64,000 nucleotides of DNA from Mustelus asterias (lineage: Eukaryota): the NCBI RefSeq assembly GCF_964213995.1, contig NC_135813.1, positions 60,264,001-60,328,000 of the forward strand, in the 5' to 3' direction. Under the pieces are notes generated by a model. It ran no database searches. It was not told where the DNA came from and was given only the letters and a program-made list of their open reading frames with translations. Of this stretch, positions 50,640 to 61,585 are shown in pieces. The position numbers were made by a program, and so were the translations under genes. Each line of letters opens with the position of its first letter. Position 1 is the stretch's first letter.

Positions 50640-52040
50640 AACACTTTTATGACTGTAACACTACATTCTGTCCCTCCGTTCCTTCTCTATGAACAGTATG
50701 CTTTGTATTGGATTTAATTTATCGTCACATATTAACTTAGTGAAAAGTATTGTTTCCTGCACGCTATACACACAAAACATAGTGTTCATAGAGAAGGAAG
50801 TGAGAGTGCAGCTTATAGTGTTACAGTCATAGCTGGGGTGTAAAGAAAGATAAACTTAATGCAAGGTAAGTCCATAAGAAATGGGAGCAGGAGTAGGCCA
50901 TCTGGCCCTTCGCACCTGCCCCGCCATTCAACAAGATCATGGCTGATCTGAAGCGAATCAGTTCCACTTACCCGCCTGCTCCCCATAACCCCTAATTCCA
51001 TTATCGATCAGAAAACTATCTACCCGTGATTTAAACATATTCAACGAGGAAGCCGCCACCACTTCAATGGGCAGAGAATTCCAGAGATTCACTACCCTCT
51101 GAGAGAAGAAATTCCCCCTCAACTCTGTTCTGAACCGGCCCCCCCTTATTTTGAGGCTGTGCCCTCTAGTTCTGGTTTCCCTTCTAAGTGGAAAGAATCT
51201 CTCCACCTCTACCCTATCCAGCCCCTTCATTATCTTATATGTCTCTATAAGATCACCCCTCATCCTTCTAAACTCCAACGAGTACAGACCCAATCTGTTT
51301 AATCTCTCCTCATAAGCTACACCCCTCATCTCCGGTATCAACCTGGTAAACCTTCTCTGCACTCCCTCCAAGGCCAATATATCCTTTCGCAAATAAGGGG
51401 ACCAAAACTGCACACAGTACTCCAGTTGCGGCCTCACCAGTGCCTTGTACAGTTGCAGCAAGACCTCCCTGCTTTTATATTCTATCCCCCTCGCGATAAA
51501 GGCCAACATTCCATTCGCCTTCTTGATCACCTGCTGCACCTGCAGACTGAGTTTTTGCGATTCGTGCACAAGGACCCCCAGGTCCCTCTGCACAGTCGCA
51601 CGATGTAATTTTTCTCCATTTAAATAATATTCCAATTTACTATTATTTCTTCCAAAGTGGATAACCTTTCAAAAGTCATTCAAAAGTCTGACAGCAGCAG
51701 GGAAGAAGCTGTTCTTGAGTCGGTTGGTACGTGACCTCAGACTTTTGTATCTTTTTCCCGATGGAAGAAGGTGGAAGAGAGAAAGTCCTGGGTGCGTGGG
51801 GTCCTTAATTATACTGGCTGTTTGCCAAGGCGGGAAGTGTAGACAGAGTCAATGGATGGGAGGCTGGTTTGCGTGATGGATTGGGCTACATTCATGATCT
51901 TTTGTAGTTCCTTGCGGTCTTGGCAGAGCAGGAGCCATACCAAGCTGTGATACAACCAGAAAGAATGCTTTCTATGATGCGCAAGAAATAATAATTTTCA
52001 CTGTATACTAATACACATGGCAATAATAAATCAAATCAAA
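50640..52040. mobile_element. Nested cluster: plus-strand Rex1 3' UTR split by a minus-strand Rex1 fragment (about 50710-51978), itself split by a CR1
   Basis: The plus UTR stops at ...atgctttgtat (50708) and resumes at gcgcaagaaa (51979); the minus copy resumes at cattcaaaagtctgac (about 51677) after the CR1. Confidence 0.75.
50873..51667 (-). mobile_element. Young CR1 LINE, 5'-truncated
   Basis: Uninterrupted 225-aa ORF2 C-terminus (QRDLGVLV...RPQLEYCVQFWSP...FFSQRVVNLWNSLP). Confidence 0.93.
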
Positions 52041-52518
52041 AACCATTCCACCACTGCCGCAGAATTAAGTTCTAGAATTCCTCCCCTATCTTTTTGCGTC
52101 TCTACTTTGCTTTCCTTCTTTAAGACACTCCTTAAAACTGCCTCTTTCGGTCATCTGGCCTAATTTCTCCTCGTGGCTCAGTGCCATCATCTGTTTTATG
52201 CTTTTGGAAGGTGTTATGACATAAAGATACTATATATATATTTTTCAGAAACTATTTAAGGAGCGTAATGAAAAACTCGGACAAGACTGAGCTAGGATGC
52301 TGTTCCTTGTGTACCTTCCAAGATCTTGGTCAAGCATTTATGTGCATCTCAACATTGAGTAGCGGCTGGATATTCCTACATGGGAGTGAGAAAATAATGG
52401 CACAACCCAATTTCAGCCACTGACCCAAACCCATGCATATCCAGGAGGGGTTGACAATGAGATCTACGGTATATTGAAGAGTTGGACAGGAACTTTCCGC
52501 AAAGCTGTAACAAACAAA

Positions 52519-52823
52519 GGTGGCACAGTGGTTAACACTGCTGCCTCACAGCGCCAGGGACACGGGTTCAATTCCGGCTTTGGGTTACTGTCTGTGGAGT
52601 TTGCACATTCTCCCCGTGTCTACATGGGTTTCCTCCAGGTGCTCTGGATTCCTCTCAGTCCAAAGATGTGCGGGTTAGGTTAATTGGCCATGCTAAATTG
52701 ATCCTAGTGTCAGGATTAACAGGGTAAATATGTGGGGTTACGGGAATAGGACCTGGGTGGGATTGTGGTTGGTGCAGACTCGATGGACTGAATGGCCTTC
52801 TTCTGCACTCTAGGGATTTTATG
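52519..52823 (+). mobile_element. V-SINE (HE1-type)
   Basis: Head, V-domain and tail as above. Confidence 0.86.
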
Positions 52824-52989
52824 AAAATGTTCCCGTTGGTGGAAGGATTGAGAACAGTTTAAGGTAATTGGCAAAAGAAAGGAAGAATGTGCAATCATCT
52901 GGGGAGCAGCAATGGATAAGTTGATGCTTCACAGAGGCAGTGCAGACTTGATGAGCTGAATCGTCTCCTACTGTCTTCAAGTTCATAAG

Positions 52990-53690
52990 GCACTAGGTCT
53001 GATGAGTCCAAGGATACTGAGGGGAGAGAGTAGAAACTAGGAAGCACTGACCATAATTTTTCAGTCTTTATACTCAGGTGGTAACAAGTGACTGGAAAAT
53101 TGCAAACATTACACCCGTGTTCAAAAGAAAGGGTGTAAAGATAAATCCGGCAACTATAGGCCTGTCAGTTTAACTTTGGTGATGGGCAACATCCAGAAAC
53201 AATAATCCAGGACAAAATTTATTGTCAGTTGGACAAATGTGGGTTAATTAAGGAAAGCCAGCATAATTTCTTAAGGGAAAATCATGTTTAACTATCTTCC
53301 TGGAGTTCTTTGAAGAGCTAACTGAGAGGGCTGATAAGGTGTACATGAGCATCCAAAAGGCACTTGATACAGTGCAAAACTACAGACATGAGAGCAATGT
53401 TAAAAATCTTGAAATAAAAGGGTCAATAACAACATGGATACAAGATTGGCCAAGTGATAGGAAGCCGAGCAGTTATTAGGTTAATGGTTGTTTTTCAAAC
53501 TGGAGAAAAGACTTCCCCAGGGGTCATTGTTCATACTTTTGCTAATATATATTAAGGGCCTAGACCTTGATGTACTAGAGCACTATTTCAAAGTTTGCAG
53601 ATTATACGAAACTTGTAAGAACCGCTGCATCCTTGGGAATGATCAGAAGAGGCTTGGCAACAGATGCACATCGACTATGCAGGACCTTCT
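52990..53690 (+). mobile_element. Old CR1 RT fragment
   Basis: DNPGNYRPVSLT (about 53140) and PQG (53515) remnants. Confidence 0.75.
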
Positions 53691-53691
53691 G

Positions 53692-54000
53692 AGGCAGCAC
53701 GGTAGCACAGTGGTTAACACTGCTGCCTCAATGCCAGGGACCTGGGTTCGATTCCCGGCTTGGGTCAGTGTGTGTGTGGAGTTTGCTCATTCTCTGTGAC
53801 TGCATGGGTTTCCTCCAGGTGCTCCGGTTTCCTCCCACAATCCAAAGATGTGCAGGTTAGGTTGATTGGCCATGCTAATTTGACCCTAGTTTCGGGGAGA
53901 TTAGCAGGATAAATATGTGAAGTTACGGGGTAAGGATGGGGTCAGTGCAGGCTTGATGGGCTGAATGGCCTCCTTCTGCACTTTAGGGATTCTAGGATTT
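53692..54000 (+). mobile_element. V-SINE (HE1-type)
   Basis: Head, V-domain and tail as above. Confidence 0.86.
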
Positions 54001-54016
54001 TGAAGGACATATATTC

Positions 54017-55491
54017 CTAGTCATGTTTAATGTGGCCAGAAGTCACCATAATGAAGTCAACTTCATCAGAAAAGGTGATCAAGAGGTTAAGAGAAATCTT
54101 TAGTAGATTTGGATTTCCTGAGCAATTAGTGAGTGATAATAGACAAACTATTATTTGAACTAAAAATTTGAAAGTTTCTTGAAAGAGAATGGTACACAAA
54201 ATATTAAATGTGCACTGTACCATCCTGCTACAAATGGACTAGCAGAAAGTTTTGTGCAAACAATGAAGCATAAAGTCAGACGTTGACCAAATGTCTAAAT
54301 CAATTTCTACTCATATAAAGGAATACTGCTCATTCAGTGACAAAACTTTCTCCAGCATTACTGATGATGAACTGACAATCACATTCGGCATTCAACTAAT
54401 TGAAACCTCCAAAGATAAAATAAATGGTCCAAAAGAAACAAGGTCAGATTGAACGATGGGAAATAAAGCTATACATGCGTTTTCCACTAAGGACAAGAAG
54501 TTCTGGCTAGGAACTACTCTACAGGAGAGAAATGAGTTCCTGCCACGATCATTATACGTACTGGACCTGTCTGATATGCCGTCCAGACCCGGGATGACGT
54601 CATCTGGAAGAGACATGTGGACCAGATGTTGGTGGGGAGAATCGATTCATCAGAGATAGAACCTGCAAGGTTCTGAACTCAATCTTCCTGAAACCCTGAC
54701 ACCAACAGAACTGTTTGAGAAAAACAACACCTCAATTTCAGACCAAGCACAAAGTCAACCTCTAAGTACAACATCGACACCAGTCAAAATAACCACTGAC
54801 AATGTTCATACAAAGTCGGAAATACCAGAGGTTACAACTAGTGCCAAGAAGCAGATGCCTGAGGTTCGCTGGCAACCATTCAGAGAATGACAACCTCCAA
54901 ACCATCTGACTTAGTGATTATTATTGTTCACGTTACACTTGTTTAAATTTGCTGGGGATGTTCAATTTAAAAAGAAGGTGGAAATGTTATGTATTTATAT
55001 GGGGCGGCACGGTGACAGTGGTTAGCACTGCTGCCTCACAGCGCCAGGGACCGGGTTCAATTCCTGGCTTGGGTCACTGCCTGTGTGGAGTCTGCACATT
55101 CTCCCCGTGTCTGCGTGGGTTTCCTCTGGGTGCTCCAGTTTCCTCCCACATTCGAAAGATGTGAAGGTTAGGTTGATTGGCCATGCTAAATTGCCCTTAG
55201 TGTCAGGGAGATTCGGAGGGTAAATATATGGGGTTGTGGGGATAGGGCCTGGGTGGGATTGTTGTCAGTGCAGGTTTGATGGACCATATGGCCTCCTTCT
55301 GCACTGTAGATTCCAAATCGATTTTGGAGAAGCAACGCAGCATAATAAGATATGCAGGATGTCACCGATCACTAGCGTGGGTCAGAGTACAGAGTAAAGA
55401 AGCAACCTGTGTTGAACACACCTCATTAATAAAGCTCCTTTTAGTTTGTTCAGCCTCCATGCTTCCTAGCATCAATCCAGCGAACATAACA
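54017..55491 (+). mobile_element. Ty3/Gypsy relic: integrase, PPT and 3' LTR (54985-55491, split by a V-SINE)
   Basis: WPEVTIMKSTSSEKVIKRLREIFSRFGFPEQLVSDN and YHPATNGLAESFVQTMK; purine tract before TGTTATGT; LTR ends ACATAACA (inverted termini); AATAAA inside the LTR. Confidence 0.85.
55001..55320 (+). mobile_element. V-SINE (HE1-type) inserted in the Gypsy LTR
   Basis: Begins 16 nt inside the LTR. Confidence 0.88.
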
Positions 55492-56027
55492 GCTTGGTTT
55501 GGTGAATATTAACTCTTCAAACAGAATCTGGGTTTTAAAAAATTCATTCATGGGTTGTGGGCGTGAATAGGTGGGCCAGCATTGTTGTCCATCCCTAGAA
55601 CCGAGTGGATTGCTAGGCCATTTCAAGAGTCACATGTAAGATTTCCATCCCTAAAAGACATTATCAGTGAACCAGATGGGTTTTACAACAATGGTTTCAT
55701 GGTCATTCCAGATTCCAAAGTTCACCGACTGCCTTAGTGGGATTCGAACCCAGGCCCTCAGAGCATTACCCCGTGTCTCTGGATTATTAGTCCAGTGACA
55801 ACATCACTACACCAACACCTTCCAGGTGTGATTGCTGTGTGCAAATTAGCTGCCATGTTTCCTATATTACAACAGCGAGCAAACTCCAAAAGCATTTTGT
55901 AAGGCACTTTGGGATATCCTGAAAGATGCCAAATAAATGCAAGGTTCTTTTAACGTTATTTCTGTTCCTCTATATTAAATCAAATAATTCTTCGACAACA
56001 GCTTCCTTTGAGTAGCTGGGACTACAT

Positions 56028-57124
56028 GGATTGACGATTGGCTGACAGACAGAAGGCAGAGAGTTGGGATAAAAGGTTCTTTCTCAGAATGGCAACCGGT
56101 GACAAGTGATGTCCCGCAGGGTTCAGTGCTGGGGCCACAGCTGTTCTCTTTATATATTAACGATCTAGATGACGGGACTGGGAGCATTCTGGCCAAGTTT
56201 GCCGATGATACAAAGATAGGTGGAGGGGCAGGTAGTATTGAGGAGGTGGGGAGGCTGCAGAAAGATTTAGACAGTTTAGGAGAGTGGTCCAAGAAGTGGC
56301 TGATGAAATTCAACGTGGGCAAGTGCGAGGTCGTACACTTTGGAAAAAAGAATAGAGGCATGGACTATTTTCTAAACGGTGACAAAATTCATAATGCTAA
56401 AGTGCAAAGGGACTTGGGAGTCCTAGTCCAGGATTCTCTAAAGGTAAACTTGCAGGTTGAGTCCGTAATTAAGAAAGCAAATGTAATGTTGTCATTTATC
56501 TCAAGAGGCTTGGAATACAAAAGCAGGGATGTACTTCTGAGGCTTTATAAAGCACTGGTTAGGCCCCATTTGGAGTACTGTGAGCAATTTTGGGCCCCAC
56601 ACCTCAGGAAGGACATACTGGCACTGGAGCGGGTCCAGCGGAGATTCACACGGATGATCCCAGGAATGGTAGGCCTGACATACGATGAACGTCTGAGGAT
56701 CGTGGGATTATATTCATTGGAGTTTAGGAGGTTGAGGGGAGATCTGATAGAAACTTACAAGATAATGAACGGCTTAGATAGGATGGACGTAGGGAAGTTG
56801 TTTCCATTAACAGGGGAGACTAGGACGCGGGGGCACAGCCTTAGAATAAAAGGGAGTCACTTTAGAACAGAGATGAGGAGAAATTTCTTCAGCCAGAGAG
56901 TGGTGGGTCTGTGGAATTCATTGCCACAGAGGGCTGTGGAGGCCGAGACGTTGAGCGTCTTCAAGACAGAAATTGATAAATTCTTGATTTCTCGAGGAAT
57001 TAAGGGCTATGGGGAGAGAGCGGGTAAATGGAGTTGAAATCAACCATGATTGAATGGTGGAGTGGACTCAATGGGCCGAATGGCCTTACTTCCGCTCCTA
57101 TGTCTTATGGTCTTATGGTCTTAT
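56028..57124 (+). mobile_element. Young CR1 LINE, 5'-truncated, in C22orf39 intron 2
   Basis: 312-aa open RT C-terminus (PQGSVLGP, FADDTK); (GGTCTTAT)n tail; apparent TSD GGACTA(C/T)AT at 56019-56027 and 57125-57133. Confidence 0.95.
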
Positions 57125-57314
57125 GGACTATATTTTAGTAGCAAGTACAAGGAGAAGTTTCCGGTCCCAATAGTCCCAAGCACAGTCCCATTCCCACTTC
57201 TTAAAGAGCATTCAGTGCCCCCCCTACTGACATGTACATTTAAACATCGGGAGATACAGAATGTAGTGTGAGCTAACTGGCCTCCAATAAAAAAATCCTT
57301 TGTTCAAGTTTAAG

Positions 57315-57660
57315 CCCAGCCTATCACGCAAACCAGCCTCCCGTCGATTGGCCTTGCAAAAGCAACCGACATAATCAAGGACCTCATGCACCCTGGACAT
57401 ACTCTCTTCCATTGGGAAAAAAATACAGAAGTCTGAGGTCACATACCAACCAACTCAAGAACAGCTTCTTCCCTGCTCCAACAGACTTTTGAATGGACCT
57501 AAAATTGATCTTTCTCTACACCGTACCTATGACTGTAACACTACATTCTGCACCCTCTCCTTTCCTTCTCTATGTACGGTATGCTTTGTCTGTATAGTGC
57601 ACAAGAAACAATATTTTTCACTGTAGAATACATGTGACAATAATAAATCAAATCAAAATA
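57315..57660 (+). mobile_element. Rex1-like LINE 3' end
   Basis: Same 3' UTR and tail as the other Rex1-like copies. Confidence 0.8.
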
Positions 57661-57855
57661 AAAATGGTTATTTCAACTAGACTGCTGCAACTGCTTGTAC
57701 ACATTTATCGATCATAAGTCACTGCCTTCAGAAGGGGAAAACAATGTCAGAGAATAACTTCAAAACAAAATGCTTCCGGCAGTTATCAGGGTGATATTTG
57801 GCTAAATCCAGATGCATTTAATACTTAATAAGGCAGCTTGTTTCATTAATCCCAC

Positions 57856-58023
57856 CTTAGCCTCGTCAAACTTAAGTTTTTCCCATTCCATGCAATTGTG
57901 GTAATCTTTCTTCCACTGTTGACAGGAGGGCAACTCTCCATATGTGTAGTAGTGATGAAAGAGATTCCCCAAACTTCGGCAGTGCTTCCACTCACTGCGG
58001 TAATCATCGCATACCCGAGGAGG
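57856..58023 (-). CDS. C22orf39: C22orf39 exon 2 (PPRVCDDYRSEWKHCRSLGNLFHHYYTYGELPSCQQWKKDYHNCMEWEKLKFDEAK)
   Basis: 168 nt; tacag/gtggga ends; twin CX9C-like cysteines and the HHYYxxGE motif. Confidence 0.95.
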
Positions 58024-58603
58024 CTGTAATGACAAGACAGACAGTTGCCAGGTCAGAAACATCTTGACAGAACACAAAACTTGTAAAACACCCCATGTCG
58101 TGAGCCAAGAATGCTACCCCCAGGAGTAAACCACTATTTAAAAGGTGACTGGCCAAGAATTTAAACGGTACGAATGCACAGCTGAGCTGCAGTGTGCAAA
58201 TACTGTCTGAGTTCAGTCCTGTCTTCAGAACAGCCGAACTTCTGCAAATAACATCAGATATTTATTCCAACCGATCTTTGCAAGAATATTAGAAGTGGCT
58301 TCCCAATCACGCCGTCCTAACACAGGGAACATTTCATCAGAGCTAATAATTATTTAGTTCATCTGATTCTCGATTTTCGTCCTGTCCAGTTTCAGTAGTG
58401 GGCTAATAATTTCCTAAAATCTAAAGCAGGTCGATTTTCGATCACATCTTGCATTTGTCCCAGTAACTTGTCCTATGGGGTTCATTTGATCTATGCACAC
58501 TGAATGTTCACCAGTAAAACAAATACCAGAGCTCTACCCACTTCCCACGGTCTCTCCTGCTACCCAGTGCATTATCCTAGCCACAGAGCAGGCCCTCACT
58601 CAC

Positions 58604-58627
58604 CCTCCATATCTCCCCGTCCGCCAT
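58604..58627 (-). CDS. C22orf39: C22orf39 (UPF0545) coding exon 1 (MADGEIWR)
   Basis: aggATGG Kozak context; 24 nt then gtgagt donor; resembles the human MADGSGWQ start. Confidence 0.92.
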
Positions 58628-58669
58628 CCTTTCACCTTTCCGCAGTTTGATCACCGTCTTGTGAATGAC

Positions 58670-58890
58670 ATGGCTGCAGCCAATCACTGCGGAGCTTCTG
58701 TCACTTTTCCGCGCCCTCTTCTCCTCATTGATAATAAATTAGCCAATCAACGTTCAATGTTTATGAGTGACACGCCCTCCGAATGAAAATCTGACCAATC
58801 AGCGTTAAATACATTGTCACAATTTATTCTCAAGACGAAACAACCAATTAGCGCAAAGATGGGGCTTCTCCCATTGTGACGTCACTGCAT
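58670..58890 (-). promoter_or_regulatory. C22orf39 promoter with four CCAAT boxes and a palindromic CRE
   Basis: CCAAT at 58680, 58743, 58795 and 58844 (NF-Y-like R-CCAAT-C/T-A contexts); GTGACGTCAC at 58876-58885; CpG-rich and directly upstream of the ATG. Confidence 0.75.
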
Positions 58891-58930
58891 TCATTCAATA
58901 CAGTTGTTGAATGTATGTGTTTACTGAACT

Positions 58931-59060
58931 ACTATAGCTTTACTATAGACTGTTGTTGTGGTAGCTTTACTATAGACTGTTGTTGTGTAAGCTTTACTAT
59001 AGACTTGTTGTGGTAGCTTTACTTAGGACTGTTGTTGTGATATCTTTACCATAGTCTATT
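58931..59060. repeat. 27-bp minisatellite (TAGCTTTACTATAGACTGTTGTTGTGG), about 4.5 copies
   Basis: Unit visible directly; period 58935 to 58962. Confidence 0.9.
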
Positions 59061-59145
59061 GATGTGGAGATGCCAGCATTGAACTGGCGTGGGCAGAGTA
59101 AGAAGTCTCACAATACCAGGTTAAGTCCAACAGGTTTATTTGGAA

Positions 59146-59182
59146 TCACAAGCTTTCGGAGCGCTGCTCCTTCATCAGGTGA
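59146..59182 (-). ncRNA. Minimal hammerhead ribozyme-like motif
   Basis: UCAC-CUGAUGA-A-GGAGC(AGC)GCUCC-GAAA-GCUU-GUGA on the minus strand. Confidence 0.75.
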
Positions 59183-59283
59183 GTGGAGGTTAATTCACAA
59201 ACATGGCATATATAGGCAAAGACACAATTGCAAGATTGGAATGTGAAGAATGGTTGGAATGCGAATCTTTCACTCTTTTTTTT

Positions 59284-59617
59284 ATAGAAACCCTACAGTG
59301 CAGAAGGAGGCCATTCGGCCCATCGAGTCTGCACCGACCACAATCCCACCCAGGCCCTACCCCCACATATTTACCCGCTAATCCCTCTAACCTACGCATC
59401 CCAGGACTCTAAGGGGCAATTTTTTTTTAACCTGGCCAATCAACCTAACCCGCACATCTTTGGACTGTGGGAGGAAACCGGAGCACCCGGAGGAAACCCA
59501 CGCAGACACGAGGAGAATGTGCAAACTCCACACAGACAGTGACCCGAGCCGAGAATCGAACCCGGGACCCTGGAGCTGTGAAGCAGCAGTGCTAACCACT
59601 GTGCTACCGTGCCGCCC
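59284..59617 (-). mobile_element. Young V-SINE (HE1-type) at the centre of the PLE fold-back
   Basis: Full length with CpGs retained. Confidence 0.92.
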
Positions 59618-59695
59618 TCTTCATATTCTAATCTGTAATTGTCTTGCAATTGTATCTTTGCCGATATATGCCATGTTTGTGAACTAACCTCCAGT

Positions 59696-59731
59696 CACCT
59701 GATGAAGGAGCAGTGCTCTGAAAGCTCGTGA
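59696..59731 (+). ncRNA. Minimal hammerhead ribozyme-like motif
   Basis: UCAC/CUGAUGA-A-GGAGC(AGU)GCUCU-GAAA-GCUC-GUGA; stem II is closed by G-U. Confidence 0.65.
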
Positions 59732-61548
59732 TTCCAAATAAACCTGTTGGACTTTAACCTATGATTTGATTTGTTTTACTTTTGTCACATGTATTAGCAT
59801 ACAGTGAAAAGTATTGTTTCTTGCGTGCTATACAGACAAAGCATACTGTTCATAGAGAAAGAAACGAGAGAGTGCAGAATGTAGTGTTACAGTCATAGCT
59901 AGGGTAGAGAAAGATCAACTTAATGCAAGGTAGGTCCATTCAAAAGTCTGATGGCAGCAGGGAAGAAGCTGTTCTTGAGTGGGTTGGTATGTGACCTCAG
60001 ATTTTTGTATCTTTTTCCCGACAGAAGGGGGAAGAGAGAACGTCCAGGCTGCATGGGGTCCTTAATTATGCTGGCTACTTTGCCGAGGCAGCAGGAAGTG
60101 TAGACAGTGTCAATGGATGGGAGGTTGGTTTATGTGATGGATTGGGCCACATTCACGACCTTTTGTAGTTCCTTGCAGTCTTGGGCAGAGCAGGAACCAT
60201 ACCAAGCTGTGATACAACCAGAAATAATGCTTTCCATGGTGCATCTGTAAAAGTTGGTGAGAGTCATAGCTGACATGCCAAATTTCCTTAGTCTTCTGAG
60301 AAAGTTGAGGTGTTGGTGGGCTTTCTTAACTATAGTGTCGGCATGGGTGGGACCAGGACAGGTTGTTGGTAATCTGGACACCTAAAAACATGAAGCTCTC
60401 AACTCTTTTTACTTCTTCCCCATTGATGTAGACAGGGGCATGTTCTCCTCTGTGCTTCCTGAAGTCGATGACAATCTCCTTCATTTTGTTGACATTGAGG
60501 GAGAGATTATTTTCGCCATACCAGTTCACTAGATTCTCTATCTCATTCCTGTACTCTGTCCCGTCATTGTTTGAGATCTATCCCACTACGTCAGCAAACA
60601 TCAAAAGCTAACTGGAGGGGAATTTGACCACACAGTCATAGATATATAAGGAGTATAGTAGGGGGCTGAGAACACAGCCTTGTGGAGCACCGGTTATGAG
60701 GATGATTGTGGAGGAGGTGTTGTTGCCTATCCTTACTGATTGTGGTCTGTGAGATCAGTTTTGTGTGAATCATGGAGTTGAAGGCTGAGCTGTAGTCAGT
60801 AAATAGGAATCTGACATAGATGTCTTTGGTATCTAAGTGTTCCAGGGTTGAGTGCAGGGCCAGGGAGATGGATCTGCTGTAGACGATAGGCAAATTGTAG
60901 AGGATCCAGGTAGTCCGGGAGTCTGGAATTGATTTGTGCCATGACTAGCCTTTCGAAGCACTTTATAGTGATGGATGTTAGAGCCATCGGATGATAGTCA
61001 TTGAGTTACGCTGCTTTGTTTTTCTTAGGTGCCGGGATGATGGTCTTCTTAAAGCAGAGAGGGACCTCAGATTGTTGTAAAGAGAGGTTGAAGATGTCTG
61101 CGAATACCCTTGCCGGCTGATCTGCTCAAGATCTGAGTGCTCGTCTGGGTACCCTATCTGGGCCAGTCACTTTCCATGGGTTGACCTTCGAGAAAGCTGC
61201 TCTGACATCTGCAATGGTGACCCAGATACAAGTTCATCCAGGGCGGAGGGCATGCTCTCGCTGACCTCTTGCCCAAAAGGGGCATAGAATGCATAGAGCT
61301 CCTCAGGGAGGGGTGCGTTGGAGCTGATGATTTTACATGCCTTCATCTTGTAGCCTGTTATGTCTTGCAGACTTTGCCATAGTCAGCGGGGGTCTGTGTG
61401 ACTAGCCTGAGACTCCAGCTTGGTCCGGTACTGTCTTTTGGTATCCTTGATGGATCCCCTTAGATCGTATCTGGCTTTCTTGTATGGACACAGTAAGAAG
61501 TCTCACAACACCAGGTTAAAGTCCAACAGGTTTATTTGGTAGCAAAAG

Positions 61549-61585
61549 CCACTAACTTTCGGAGCGCTGCCCCTTCGTCAGGTAA
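61549..61585 (-). ncRNA. Minimal hammerhead ribozyme-like motif (pLTR of the Neptune element)
   Basis: UUAC-CUGACGA-A-GGGGC(AGC)GCUCC-GAAA-GUUA-GUGG on the minus strand. Confidence 0.7.

Larger units (their letters stand above)
59061..59760. mobile_element. Fold-back element of two inverted PLE pseudo-LTRs with a V-SINE in the centre
   Basis: 59618-59760 is the reverse complement of about 59117-59250; both arms carry a hammerhead-like core; no ORF. Confidence 0.85.

Noticed and set aside
56099-57037. 312-aa ORF (and 225-233-aa ORFs at 48695, 50958 and 5131) as host genes
   Set aside because: All are CR1 ORF2 fragments, 5'-truncated with LINE tails; no evidence of domestication.
58931-59060. 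CRISPR-like periodic array
   Set aside because: Head-to-tail tandem units without unique spacers, in a vertebrate genome; it is a minisatellite.
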